From contig JANOHV010000151.1 of NCBI GenBank assembly GCA_031406795.1, forward strand, positions 6,232 to 70,231: a stretch of 64,000 nucleotides of DNA, in the 5' to 3' direction. Positions within the stretch are counted from its first letter, which is position 1; the number at the start of each line of letters is the position of its first letter. This DNA comes from Candidatus Rokuibacteriota bacterium (GTDB lineage: Bacteria > JAUVQV01 > DATDCY01). The notes under the pieces are model-generated. The model was not told where the DNA came from. It made no database searches and saw nothing but the letters and a program-made list of their open reading frames with translations. A program made the translations under genes and the position numbers. This document shows positions 9,117 to 17,139 of this stretch, in pieces.

Positions 9117-10301
9117 TCAGAACGAACCCTCCGCGCCGCCGCCGCCGAACGAGCCGCCCCGGCCGGCGACCCCGGGCGGCTCCTCGGGGAGGACGCGTGC
9201 CGCCGGGGCCAGCGCGAACGCCGCCGCAACCGGAAGCAGCCGCTCCCGGCGGCTCTCGTCATACAACGGTGCGGCGGTGAAACCGAAGCGTTCGGCGGCC
9301 ACGCCCGAGCGCAGCCAACGCTCCAGAAGCAGCGATGCCGCGGCGAGCGCAACTCCCGAGGCGGCAAGCACCACCCAGAGCGGCGCCACGTGAAGGTAGA
9401 AGCGGATGGTGGTCAGCGAGAGCGCCGCGGCCGCAATCCCCAGGGTGATCAGGGCGCGGTCGCGCGCGCGCAGTCCCCAGGCGAGCAGCGCCAGGGGATA
9501 CACTGCGGAGCCGATCCCGGCCAGGAACAAGGTGGCCTCAGCCGCGTGGTGGCGCGGGGCGCCGACCAGCCGGCCGAGTTCTTCGAGGATGCCCTTGTCC
9601 ACCGAATAGTAGTTGATGGCGCCGTACAGCCCCGCGAGCGCGACGAGGCGCGCGAGCCCAACGCCCTCCCGATGGGACGGGGCAAGTTCGCGCATTTCGC
9701 GCACCTTGCCGGCCCCGGCCGCGATGAGCGCAGCCGCCGCAATCCAGACCAGACGGGCGCCGGGGAACTGGGTCGACCAGAGAAGGACGAAGAGCGCAGC
9801 CGCCCCGGCGTACAGCCGAAAACCCCAGCGCCACGCGGCCAGGGCGCAGACCGTCGCGCACCAGGGGTAGGTCAGCCGCAGCGCCTCGTGACCACGAAAG
9901 TGCAGATCGTCGAGCAGCACGAACACGGCCGCGCCGAGGTAGCCCACGGCGAGCAGCGAGGTCGCCGCCTCGGCCCCGGTGGGCCGGAACGAACAGCGGT
10001 CGATGATGATGTCCGTGATGGTCGCCAGACCGACGCCGAAGATCAGCAGCGCCAGACCGACGCCGTCCGCGCTGCGCACTCCGAAGCTGATGAACCCGAC
10101 CGCGGTGGCGGTCGAGACCCCGGAAACGACGCAGAGAAAGACCAGGATCCGCCAGATCGGGCCGAGCTGGGGGCCGCCCAGGGAGTACTCGGAACCGATC
10201 GCTCCGAACGCGGCTTCGTCGATGAGGCCGGCTGCCCGCCAGCCCTGGGCAGCCGCGAGCAGCTCGGCGCCGCGATCCGCACTTCGCCATGCTGCTTTCA
10301 T
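9117..10301 (-). CDS. Polytopic membrane protein (DUF2157-like) with a Gly-rich C-terminus
   Basis: Starts MKAAWRS after GGAG; about 10-11 hydrophobic segments; ends GGSFGGGGAEGSF; ATGA overlap with the upstream gene. Confidence 0.65.
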   Translation of the reverse strand: MKAAWRSADRGAELLAAAQGWRAAGLIDEAAFGAIGSEYSLGGPQLGPIWRILVFLCVVSGVSTATAVGFISFGVRSADGVGLALLIFGVGLATITDIIIDRCSFRPTGAEAATSLLAVGYLGAAVFVLLDDLHFRGHEALRLTYPWCATVCALAAWRWGFRLYAGAAALFVLLWSTQFPGARLVWIAAAALIAAGAGKVREMRELAPSHREGVGLARLVALAGLYGAINYYSVDKGILEELGRLVGAPRHHAAEATLFLAGIGSAVYPLALLAWGLRARDRALITLGIAAAALSLTTIRFYLHVAPLWVVLAASGVALAAASLLLERWLRSGVAAERFGFTAAPLYDESRRERLLPVAAAFALAPAARVLPEEPPGVAGRGGSFGGGGAEGSF

Positions 10302-11263
10302 CGCTCCTCCTTGAAGCGCCGGTGCGCCCAGAGGATGAGCAGGAGCACGCCGAAACTCCCCGCCGAGACCAGATAGAAGAGACCCTCTCTGAGGTGCAGC
10401 TCGGCCGCGAGCCTGAGAAAGCCGAGAAAGCCGGCGACGACGCCCTGGGCGAAGTAATCGGAGCGCCCGGCGCGGAAGGCCAGCGCGATGGTCGCCGCGG
10501 CGAGAGCCGCGAGCGTGGCGAGCCACGCGACGTCGAGGTGCCCGTAGCCCGCGTACGCGCCGGCGACCGCCGCCCCGAGCAGCAGCAGCAGGCCGAGATT
10601 CCCGAATGCGGGTTCGAAGTGCGCCTTGCGCCCGGTGCGTTTGCAAAGGATTCCGAAGCCGAAGAAGAACGCGCCGACGACCAGCGCGTTGACGCGGATT
10701 GCCGCCTCGTGTTGCCCGAACGGCACGCCGCCCGGGAAGGAAAGCGCGACGCCGCGCCAGGCCGCGAACGACGCCAGCGCGAGCGAGAGCACGGCGCGCG
10801 AATCGTAGCGGAACGCGAAGGCGAGCTGGAGCAGCGAGAGTACGAAGAGGTGCCAGGGCCAGTTCTGGCCGAGGAGCTTGTACTGCGTCTCGAAATAGCC
10901 GAGATCGGTCCCGATCAGCAGCACACCGAGGAGCAGGACGTAATCGAAGCCGAGCGTCGGCGAGATAACCGGGCCCCAGGAGAAGGGCGCCGCGACGTGC
11001 ACGACATACCAGAGACAGAGCGCGGCGGCGAGCCCGATGCCGGCGCCGATCGTCACCGGGCCGAGCTGCGCGAGGTTCTCCTTGACCAGAATGCCGGCGC
11101 CGGCGGCGGCCATCGTGACCCCGGCCCACAGGGCGAGCTGCAGCTCGACGCGCACCGAAACCAGCTCGCCCCGCGCGACGCGCCCGAAGAAGCCGGCCTG
11201 GACGTCGTTGAGAATGCCCCGCGCCCGCAGATGGCCGATGAACGCAAGCAGGTTGCTGTTCAT
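10298..11263 (-). CDS. Polytopic membrane protein (DUF2157-like)
   Basis: N-terminal LRARGIL, many TM segments, translationally coupled to the next gene. Confidence 0.7.
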   Translation of the reverse strand: MNSNLLAFIGHLRARGILNDVQAGFFGRVARGELVSVRVELQLALWAGVTMAAAGAGILVKENLAQLGPVTIGAGIGLAAALCLWYVVHVAAPFSWGPVISPTLGFDYVLLLGVLLIGTDLGYFETQYKLLGQNWPWHLFVLSLLQLAFAFRYDSRAVLSLALASFAAWRGVALSFPGGVPFGQHEAAIRVNALVVGAFFFGFGILCKRTGRKAHFEPAFGNLGLLLLLGAAVAGAYAGYGHLDVAWLATLAALAAATIALAFRAGRSDYFAQGVVAGFLGFLRLAAELHLREGLFYLVSAGSFGVLLLILWAHRRFKEER

Positions 11264-11371
11264 CCGGGCATCATAGCATCCCCGGCGCTTGCGGCTTCGG
11301 CGGGGCGCCCCCGCCGTGCATTCCCGGCTCGATGTCGAACCGGAGTCTCTTCAATCCCTCCGAAGCCGACT

Positions 11372-12643
11372 TCAGATCGGTCCGCCAACCCCGTGACAGA
11401 GGGTGATATTGAAGCAACCAGGCGTACCGGGGTTCGACTGGTGGCAGCGGGCGCAGACCGGGGCGTTCGCCTGGTCTGTCGACTTGTGACGGCTCACGCG
11501 CCAGCCGGCGCTGGCGTGCGGGGCACTCCAGCCGTGACAGCCGATATTAACGTGACAGGTCTGGATGGACGACCCGCCATCGAGAAAGAGCCCGTGACAG
11601 GTCTGGCAATTCGCGAACCCGGGGGAAGCCGCCTTGGCGGCAGCGCCGTGCTGACTCCCGGCCGACCAGCCTGCGGGGTGGCAGGCGCCGGTGATATGTG
11701 CGGCGGTGACGGCGAAACAACTGGGCGTGCCCTTGCCGGCGTGGCAGCCGGCGCATTCGGCGGCCGCGCTCTGGTTCGTCCGCCGATGCAAGGTGCGCCA
11801 GCCCGCGGGGTGGCGACCGCTCCTGACGCCGTGGCAGAGCGTGCTGTTGAAGCAACCGGGCGTGCCGGCGCTCGATTGGTGGCAGCCGGCGCACGTCGAG
11901 GCCTGGCCCTGGTCAGCTTCGGGGTGAGATCGGAGCCAGCCTCCGGGGTGCGGGCTCTTGGCGCCATGGCAGAGGGTGTTGTTGAAGCAGCCGGGCGCGC
12001 CGGGATTCGACCGATGGCAGCCGACGCAGACGGCGGCCTCACCCTGGTCCGTCCGGGGATGGCTTTGCAGCCAACCCGCGGGGTGGTAGCTTTTCGCTCC
12101 ATGGCAGAGGGTGTTGTTGAAGCAGCCGGGCGCACCGGCGTTCGTCTGGTGACAGCCGGTGCAGGCGGAAGCCTGATTCTGGTTCGTCCTGGAATGGCTG
12201 CGGAGCCAATCCGCGGGGTGGTCGGACTTGGGCCCGTGGCAGAGACTGTTGTCGAAACAGTTGGGGACCCGATTGTTGCCCTTGTTGTCGTGGCAGACGG
12301 CGCACTCGGCGGCCCTGGAGCGATCCGCCGCGTGCTGCGCACGCCAGTCCGCGCCGGCGGGATGCCCATCGGGACCGCCCGGGTGGCAGGCCTGGCCGTC
12401 GCGGGAGGTCGAATAGCAGCTGAGCGTCGCGATGCCGCCGCGCAAATCGTCGCCATGGCACTCGGCGCACGACGCGGCCCCGGAGTTGCGGTACTCGGCG
12501 GAGTGCTTCGGGAAGAAATCCTCCGGGTGTCCCCCATCCGGGTCGAACGGTGCGCCGTGCTTTTTCGAGCAGCCGACCACGAGCACCGCAAGAAGCGCCC
12601 AGCCGATCGTCAGTGCCCGGGAACTCCGCTTTGAATGTGACAT
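11372..12643 (-). CDS. Multiheme cytochrome c lipoprotein, paralog B (8 CX2CH plus 8 extended CXnCH motifs)
   Basis: Lipobox VVGC; alternating CxxCH and CFNNTLCH-type motifs; AGGAGG RBS. Confidence 0.85.
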   Translation of the reverse strand: MSHSKRSSRALTIGWALLAVLVVGCSKKHGAPFDPDGGHPEDFFPKHSAEYRNSGAASCAECHGDDLRGGIATLSCYSTSRDGQACHPGGPDGHPAGADWRAQHAADRSRAAECAVCHDNKGNNRVPNCFDNSLCHGPKSDHPADWLRSHSRTNQNQASACTGCHQTNAGAPGCFNNTLCHGAKSYHPAGWLQSHPRTDQGEAAVCVGCHRSNPGAPGCFNNTLCHGAKSPHPGGWLRSHPEADQGQASTCAGCHQSSAGTPGCFNSTLCHGVRSGRHPAGWRTLHRRTNQSAAAECAGCHAGKGTPSCFAVTAAHITGACHPAGWSAGSQHGAAAKAASPGFANCQTCHGLFLDGGSSIQTCHVNIGCHGWSAPHASAGWRVSRHKSTDQANAPVCARCHQSNPGTPGCFNITLCHGVGGPI

Positions 12644-12689
12644 ATACAGCACCTCCTGTGTTCTGATGCCGCGTCGGCGCTCAGGGTTT

Positions 12690-12988
12690 CGGCGGGGCGC
12701 CCCCGCCGCGCAAAATCGGGAAAATCACGGAGATGTCCCGGTCTTCGAGCCCGTGCGCGAACGAGAGCGCGAAGAGCTCCTTCACCGCCGCCGCCGTGAA
12801 GAGGGGCCGGTGCAGCGGCGAACGCGTCCTCCTCGCCGCTGACGAACACCGCGAGCTCCCCCGCCGAGAGGCTCGGCTTTCTCGGGGGTGCGATTCCAGA
12901 TCAGCAAAGGGTGTCCGGCGGCGGCCAGGCGCCCGGCGACAACGCTGCCGAGGGCGCCGAGCCCGATGAAACCGATCGTCTCCTTCAT
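12690..12988 (-). pseudogene. Internally deleted 3-hydroxyisobutyrate-dehydrogenase-like NAD(P)-dependent oxidoreductase
   Basis: N-terminal IGFIGLGALG..WNRTPEKA, middle GELAVFVSGEEDAF and C-terminal PLFTAAAVKELFALSFAHGLEDRDIS lie in three different frames within 300 bp. Confidence 0.75.
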
Positions 12989-13055
12989 GCCACGGCCTTT
13001 CTCATTCGGGGGCGGAGTGCGCGCCGCGAGCTTCAGCGGCGACGACGCCCTGCCT

Positions 13056-13775
13056 TCACTTGACGATGTCGTAGAGGAATTTCTTGTTCATGCTCGCGTG
13101 GGGATTGTGGCAGAGATAACAGACCCGGCTGCGCGACTTCTCGACGTGATCGAGACTCCCGGGCTGGTCGTGGCAGGCGCTGCACATCGTCCTGGCGTCG
13201 TCGACCGTCAGCGCGGGCCAGCTGGACCCGTGGGGTTCGTGGCAGACAACGCACTTGCCGGCGGCGAGCGGACCATGAACATAGGGGTAGATCATCGCCA
13301 GCTTGCGGTGGCAGGACTTGCAGGTCTCGGACTCCGCATTTACCGCCGGGCGGCGCACGCCGGCATGACACTCGGCGCAGCGACCCTCCAGTACCGGCAC
13401 GTGGTAGCGGTAGGGGGCCCGTCCCCGGCCACCCGAGCCGTAGATGAAAGTGAGTTTCGCGTCGAGTTCGCCGACCCGCGCATCCAGGGTGTGGGGTCCC
13501 GGACCCGGGGTGAGCTTGGCCGAGAAGGTGTCTCCGAGACGCGTGATGTCGACCACCGGGGCTCCGTCGAGAAGCAGATTCACGAAACCGGCGCCCGTGG
13601 GAATCCGTCCGGCCACGACCACCGTGCCCGCGGGAATGAACGCCCCCGCCGCGGGCATGACGAACTCGATCGCCCCGCCGGGCGGCACTGCGGTGTCGGC
13701 GGCACGTGAGACCCCGGCGACGACGAAAGCGGCCACCAGAGCGATGGGGGCGAAAACGCGAAAATATAAATGCAT
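13056..13775 (-). CDS. Exported pentaheme cytochrome c (doubled-CXXCH type) with an N-terminal beta-rich domain
   Basis: Signal peptide; CAECH, CKSCH, CVVCHEPHGS, CSACH, CYLCHNPHAS. Confidence 0.85.
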   Translation of the reverse strand: MHLYFRVFAPIALVAAFVVAGVSRAADTAVPPGGAIEFVMPAAGAFIPAGTVVVAGRIPTGAGFVNLLLDGAPVVDITRLGDTFSAKLTPGPGPHTLDARVGELDAKLTFIYGSGGRGRAPYRYHVPVLEGRCAECHAGVRRPAVNAESETCKSCHRKLAMIYPYVHGPLAAGKCVVCHEPHGSSWPALTVDDARTMCSACHDQPGSLDHVEKSRSRVCYLCHNPHASMNKKFLYDIVK

Positions 13776-13895
13776 ATTCTTATTATAGACCACTGCGGAC
13801 TATTGATTCGTGCGTTCCGTGACAGCCGGCCGACCGCAGGTCCGAGCGGGTGCTCGGAAGATAAGAATCCTTGCGCTGCAGTTTCCGGAGCAAAC

Positions 13896-13924
13896 CGGAG
13901 CCGGGCCGCCATGGCCCGGCTCCG
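13896..13924 (-). terminator. Hairpin/terminator after the porin-cytochrome operon
   Basis: Perfect 12-bp stem CGGAGCCGGGCC/GGCCCGGCTCCG followed by GTTTG on the minus strand. Confidence 0.55.
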
Positions 13925-13962
13925 CTCTTCAACCTCTTCGAAGCCGTTTTCAGGTCAATCCG

Positions 13963-15222
13963 TCAATCCCCGTGACAGAGCGTGCTGTTGAAACAGCCGG
14001 GTGTGCCGACGTTCGACTGGTGACATCGGGCGCAGACCGGCGCATTCCCCTGGCTGGTCGTCTGATGTCGGCCGCCGCCGCCGCGCCAGCCGACGCTGGC
14101 GTGCGGGGCGCTCCAGCCGTGACAGCCGACATTGGCGAGACAGGTCTGATTGGCCGATCCGCCATCCAGCCCAGGCCCGTGACAGGACTGGCAGTTCCCG
14201 AATCCAGGGGACAACGCCTTGGCAGCGGCGCCGTGCTGAGTCCCCGCCGACCAGCCCACGGGGTGGCCGACACCTGCGCCATGGCAGGCAGAGGCGGTGA
14301 AGCAACTGGGCGTGCCCTTTTCAGGGTGACAAGCGGCGCAGCCCGTTGCCGCGCTCTGGGTCGTGCTCTGGTGTGTGGTGCGCCAGCCCGCGGGGTGCTG
14401 CGCGCTTTTCACGCCGTGGCAGAGGGTACTGTTGAAGCAGCCGGGCGTGCCGGCGTTCAATCGGTGGCAGCCGGCGCAGGTGGAAGCCTGGCCCTGGTCC
14501 GTTGCGGAGTGGGATTGCAGCCAGCCCGCAGGGTGCGAACTCTTGGTGCCGTGGCAGAGCGTGTTGTTGAAACAACCGGGCGCGCCGGCGTTGGTCAGGT
14601 GGCAGCCGGCGCAGACGGAAGCCTGGTTCTGGTTCGTTCCCGTGTGGGATTGCAGCCAGCCCGCAGGGTGCGAACTCTTGGTGCCGTGGCAGAGGGTGTT
14701 GTTGAAACAGCCGGGCGTGCCGGCGTTCGTCTGGTGGCAGGCGGCGCAGTTCGAGGCCAGCGACGGGTTGGTCCCCGCATGGGCGGCTCGCCAACCCGAG
14801 GGGTGGCCGGACTTGGGTCCGTGACAGAGGCTGTTGTCAAAGCAGTTGGGGGCCTGGTTGTTGGCTTTGTTGTCGTGGCAGACGGCGCACTCGGCCGCCT
14901 TGGAGGAATCCGCCGAGTGCAGCGCGCGCCAGCCGGCGGGGTGGCCGCCGGGACCGCCCGGGTGACAGCCCTGGCCGTCGCGGGAGCTCGAATAGCAACT
15001 CACCGTCGCGATGCCGCCGAGCAGATCGATCCCATGGCACTCGGCGCATGCCCCGCCACCGGAGTTGCGGTACTCGGCGGAGTGGTTCGGAAAGAAGTCT
15101 TCCGGGTGCCCTCCATCCGGGTCGAACGGTGCGCCGTGCTTCTTCGAGCAGCCGACCACGAGCAGCGCGAGCAGCGCACAGCCGATCGCAATCGCCCTGG
15201 AACTGCGGCTCACTTGTGACAT
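13963..15222 (-). CDS. Multiheme cytochrome c lipoprotein, paralog A (8 CX2CH plus 8 extended CXnCH motifs)
   Basis: Lipobox VVGC; 135-bp internal repeats (e.g. 14521 vs 14656); GGAGG RBS; overlaps the upstream pentaheme gene. Confidence 0.85.
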   Translation of the reverse strand: MSQVSRSSRAIAIGCALLALLVVGCSKKHGAPFDPDGGHPEDFFPNHSAEYRNSGGGACAECHGIDLLGGIATVSCYSSSRDGQGCHPGGPGGHPAGWRALHSADSSKAAECAVCHDNKANNQAPNCFDNSLCHGPKSGHPSGWRAAHAGTNPSLASNCAACHQTNAGTPGCFNNTLCHGTKSSHPAGWLQSHTGTNQNQASVCAGCHLTNAGAPGCFNNTLCHGTKSSHPAGWLQSHSATDQGQASTCAGCHRLNAGTPGCFNSTLCHGVKSAQHPAGWRTTHQSTTQSAATGCAACHPEKGTPSCFTASACHGAGVGHPVGWSAGTQHGAAAKALSPGFGNCQSCHGPGLDGGSANQTCLANVGCHGWSAPHASVGWRGGGGRHQTTSQGNAPVCARCHQSNVGTPGCFNSTLCHGD

Positions 15223-15653
15223 ATGCCACACCTCCCCACGTTCTTGCGCCCGTGGCAGGGGAAGCAGGAGGCCGGATCGAGCTTCCCGTCGGCCCGGTGC
15301 TGGGTCAGGTAGTCCCCGCGGTGCGGCGTGCCCGAATCGAAGCGGCCCAGGCGCTTGTCGGAGGGCTTGATCTCCTCCTTGTTGCCGTGGCAATCAGCGC
15401 AGGACGAAACCTGATGGCACATCTCGCAGGTGCGCTGGTCCCGCAAGGCGACCGCGCCGTGCGATTTCATCCACCGCGCGTCGTGATCGGAGGCGGCGCT
15501 GTCGGCATCGTGGCAGGAAGTGCAGATCGGCGCGCCCTGCACCTTCTCGGGGTGGACGAAGGCGGCGCTCTTGGGTCCGGCGCACGCCCCGAGCAGCCCC
15601 GCCGCCGTCAACAGCAGCGCGGCCGCGAAGACCATGGTTGATCGGGTCATCAC
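15210..15653 (-). CDS. Pentaheme cytochrome c lipoprotein (size and position like Geobacter ExtC)
   Basis: Lipobox LGAC; CTSCH, CEMCH, CADCH, CFPCH, CGICH. Confidence 0.85.
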   Translation of the reverse strand: MMTRSTMVFAAALLLTAAGLLGACAGPKSAAFVHPEKVQGAPICTSCHDADSAASDHDARWMKSHGAVALRDQRTCEMCHQVSSCADCHGNKEEIKPSDKRLGRFDSGTPHRGDYLTQHRADGKLDPASCFPCHGRKNVGRCGICHK

Positions 15654-16918
15654 TTGGTGCCTCCTTTCTTGATCGAGGCGTCGTAACGCCAGAGCACGGC
15701 GAGGAGCCCCTTGATTTCACGGTCGAATTCGGGAGTCTCTCCGTACTCGCCCGAGGCCGAAAGCTCGAGGGACTTGCTCAAGGCGTAGCTCAACCCGAGT
15801 TTCCCGGTCGTCGCGATCGTCTCGCCGTTGATTGCGACCCCATACGTCACGTACTCGGCGCCCAAGGAGAGGTGCACGGGGCCGAAGGCTTTTGTCGCGT
15901 GTGCGCTGATCTCCTGGTACCGGTCCTCCTCGGCTTCGCCGTGGACCTGCCGGTAGCCCGCCCCTGCCGTTGCCCCCGATCTGGCCCAGGAGAGACGCGC
16001 GCCGTACGTGCTGCCGTCGCTGCCCCCTTCGTCTGGGGCTCGGAACGCCGCATATTCGCCGGCAATGGTGAAACCAAGGCCGAGGACGATCTCGACCTCG
16101 CCGCCGTACCGGTCGTGCTTCGCGTCTTCGATCGGCAGCAAGGCGCGGTTGAGGGGCTCCTTGAAGTAAGCGGTGTAGTCGGTGGAGGCCCACGTTGCGG
16201 TGAGCCGCACCCGCTTCGCGAACGGGCCGAGAACAAGCCGATAGTCATGACGGGCCCACTTGCTGTCGGCCACACTGTACAGGGAAGTTCCCGTCAGCTC
16301 GACGAGCCGCAGCGGAGCCAGGAAGAGGTCCGAACCGGCCTCTTCGCGCACGTCCTCGCCGTCGTTCTGCTCCTTGAGGTAGGAGGCTCCCAGACGATAG
16401 AGCCCGGCGCGTCCCTGCGAGATGCGGCCGCCGTACAGCAGGTCCTTGGAGCGGCCCCCTTCCTCGACCTCGACGGGAACCCCGCCGAAGAACGTCACAT
16501 CGAACCCTGCCGGCAGATCGCTGCCGAGCATCAAACCGTCGAAGACTTCGTGGCGTGCCACCCCTGCGGTGAGCGAAACCCGCCCCACGCGGGCTTCGGC
16601 GTTGCGTTGCGGCGCGCGCCAGCCCAGGAATGCGTACTGCAGCTCGCTGTTGCTCTTGCGCCCCAAAGTTTCATCAGCCAGGTCGGCCCTGCCCCAGCCG
16701 CCGACCCGCAGGTACACGCCCGGCTGCATGAGGTCCTCGGCATTGAGGGTCAGATATTCGTAGGGCAGCACATGAGTATTCTCCCCGTCGGTGCCACGCG
16801 CGAGAACATAAGTCCGCGACTCGAGCGAGATTTCCGTTGCCGTCGCCGGGGGCGCGCCGACAGCCAGCGCGGCTCCCAGAAGGGCGAGTGCGGAAAAAGC
16901 TGTGACAATCTTCACCAT
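15650..16918 (-). CDS. Outer-membrane beta-barrel protein of a putative porin-cytochrome conduit
   Basis: Signal peptide; alternating Gly/aromatic beta strands; last strand ...VLWRY; first gene of a cytochrome operon; AAGGAGG RBS. Confidence 0.7.
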   Translation of the reverse strand: MVKIVTAFSALALLGAALAVGAPPATATEISLESRTYVLARGTDGENTHVLPYEYLTLNAEDLMQPGVYLRVGGWGRADLADETLGRKSNSELQYAFLGWRAPQRNAEARVGRVSLTAGVARHEVFDGLMLGSDLPAGFDVTFFGGVPVEVEEGGRSKDLLYGGRISQGRAGLYRLGASYLKEQNDGEDVREEAGSDLFLAPLRLVELTGTSLYSVADSKWARHDYRLVLGPFAKRVRLTATWASTDYTAYFKEPLNRALLPIEDAKHDRYGGEVEIVLGLGFTIAGEYAAFRAPDEGGSDGSTYGARLSWARSGATAGAGYRQVHGEAEEDRYQEISAHATKAFGPVHLSLGAEYVTYGVAINGETIATTGKLGLSYALSKSLELSASGEYGETPEFDREIKGLLAVLWRYDASIKKGGTK

Positions 16919-17139
16919 GACCTCCTTTCGGTGCAATCCTGCGTGGTTGAAAAATCCGACATCAGACTTCGTCCTACGGGAGAAACAATACGCCCTCCCG
17001 AAACAATAGCAACCCTGGGTGTCAATTTTCCCATACGCATAGCCTAGTCACGGCGTCGGGAATGCACTGTGACGCAAATCACTCAGACTGTTCCCGCTCT
17101 CGAACGTGACGTCGTGCCGAGGCAGGCGCGTCGTTGATC

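Noticed and set aside
11372-15222. 135-bp periodic repeats as a CRISPR array
   Set aside because: They are coding repeats in frame, with no unique spacers and no cas genes
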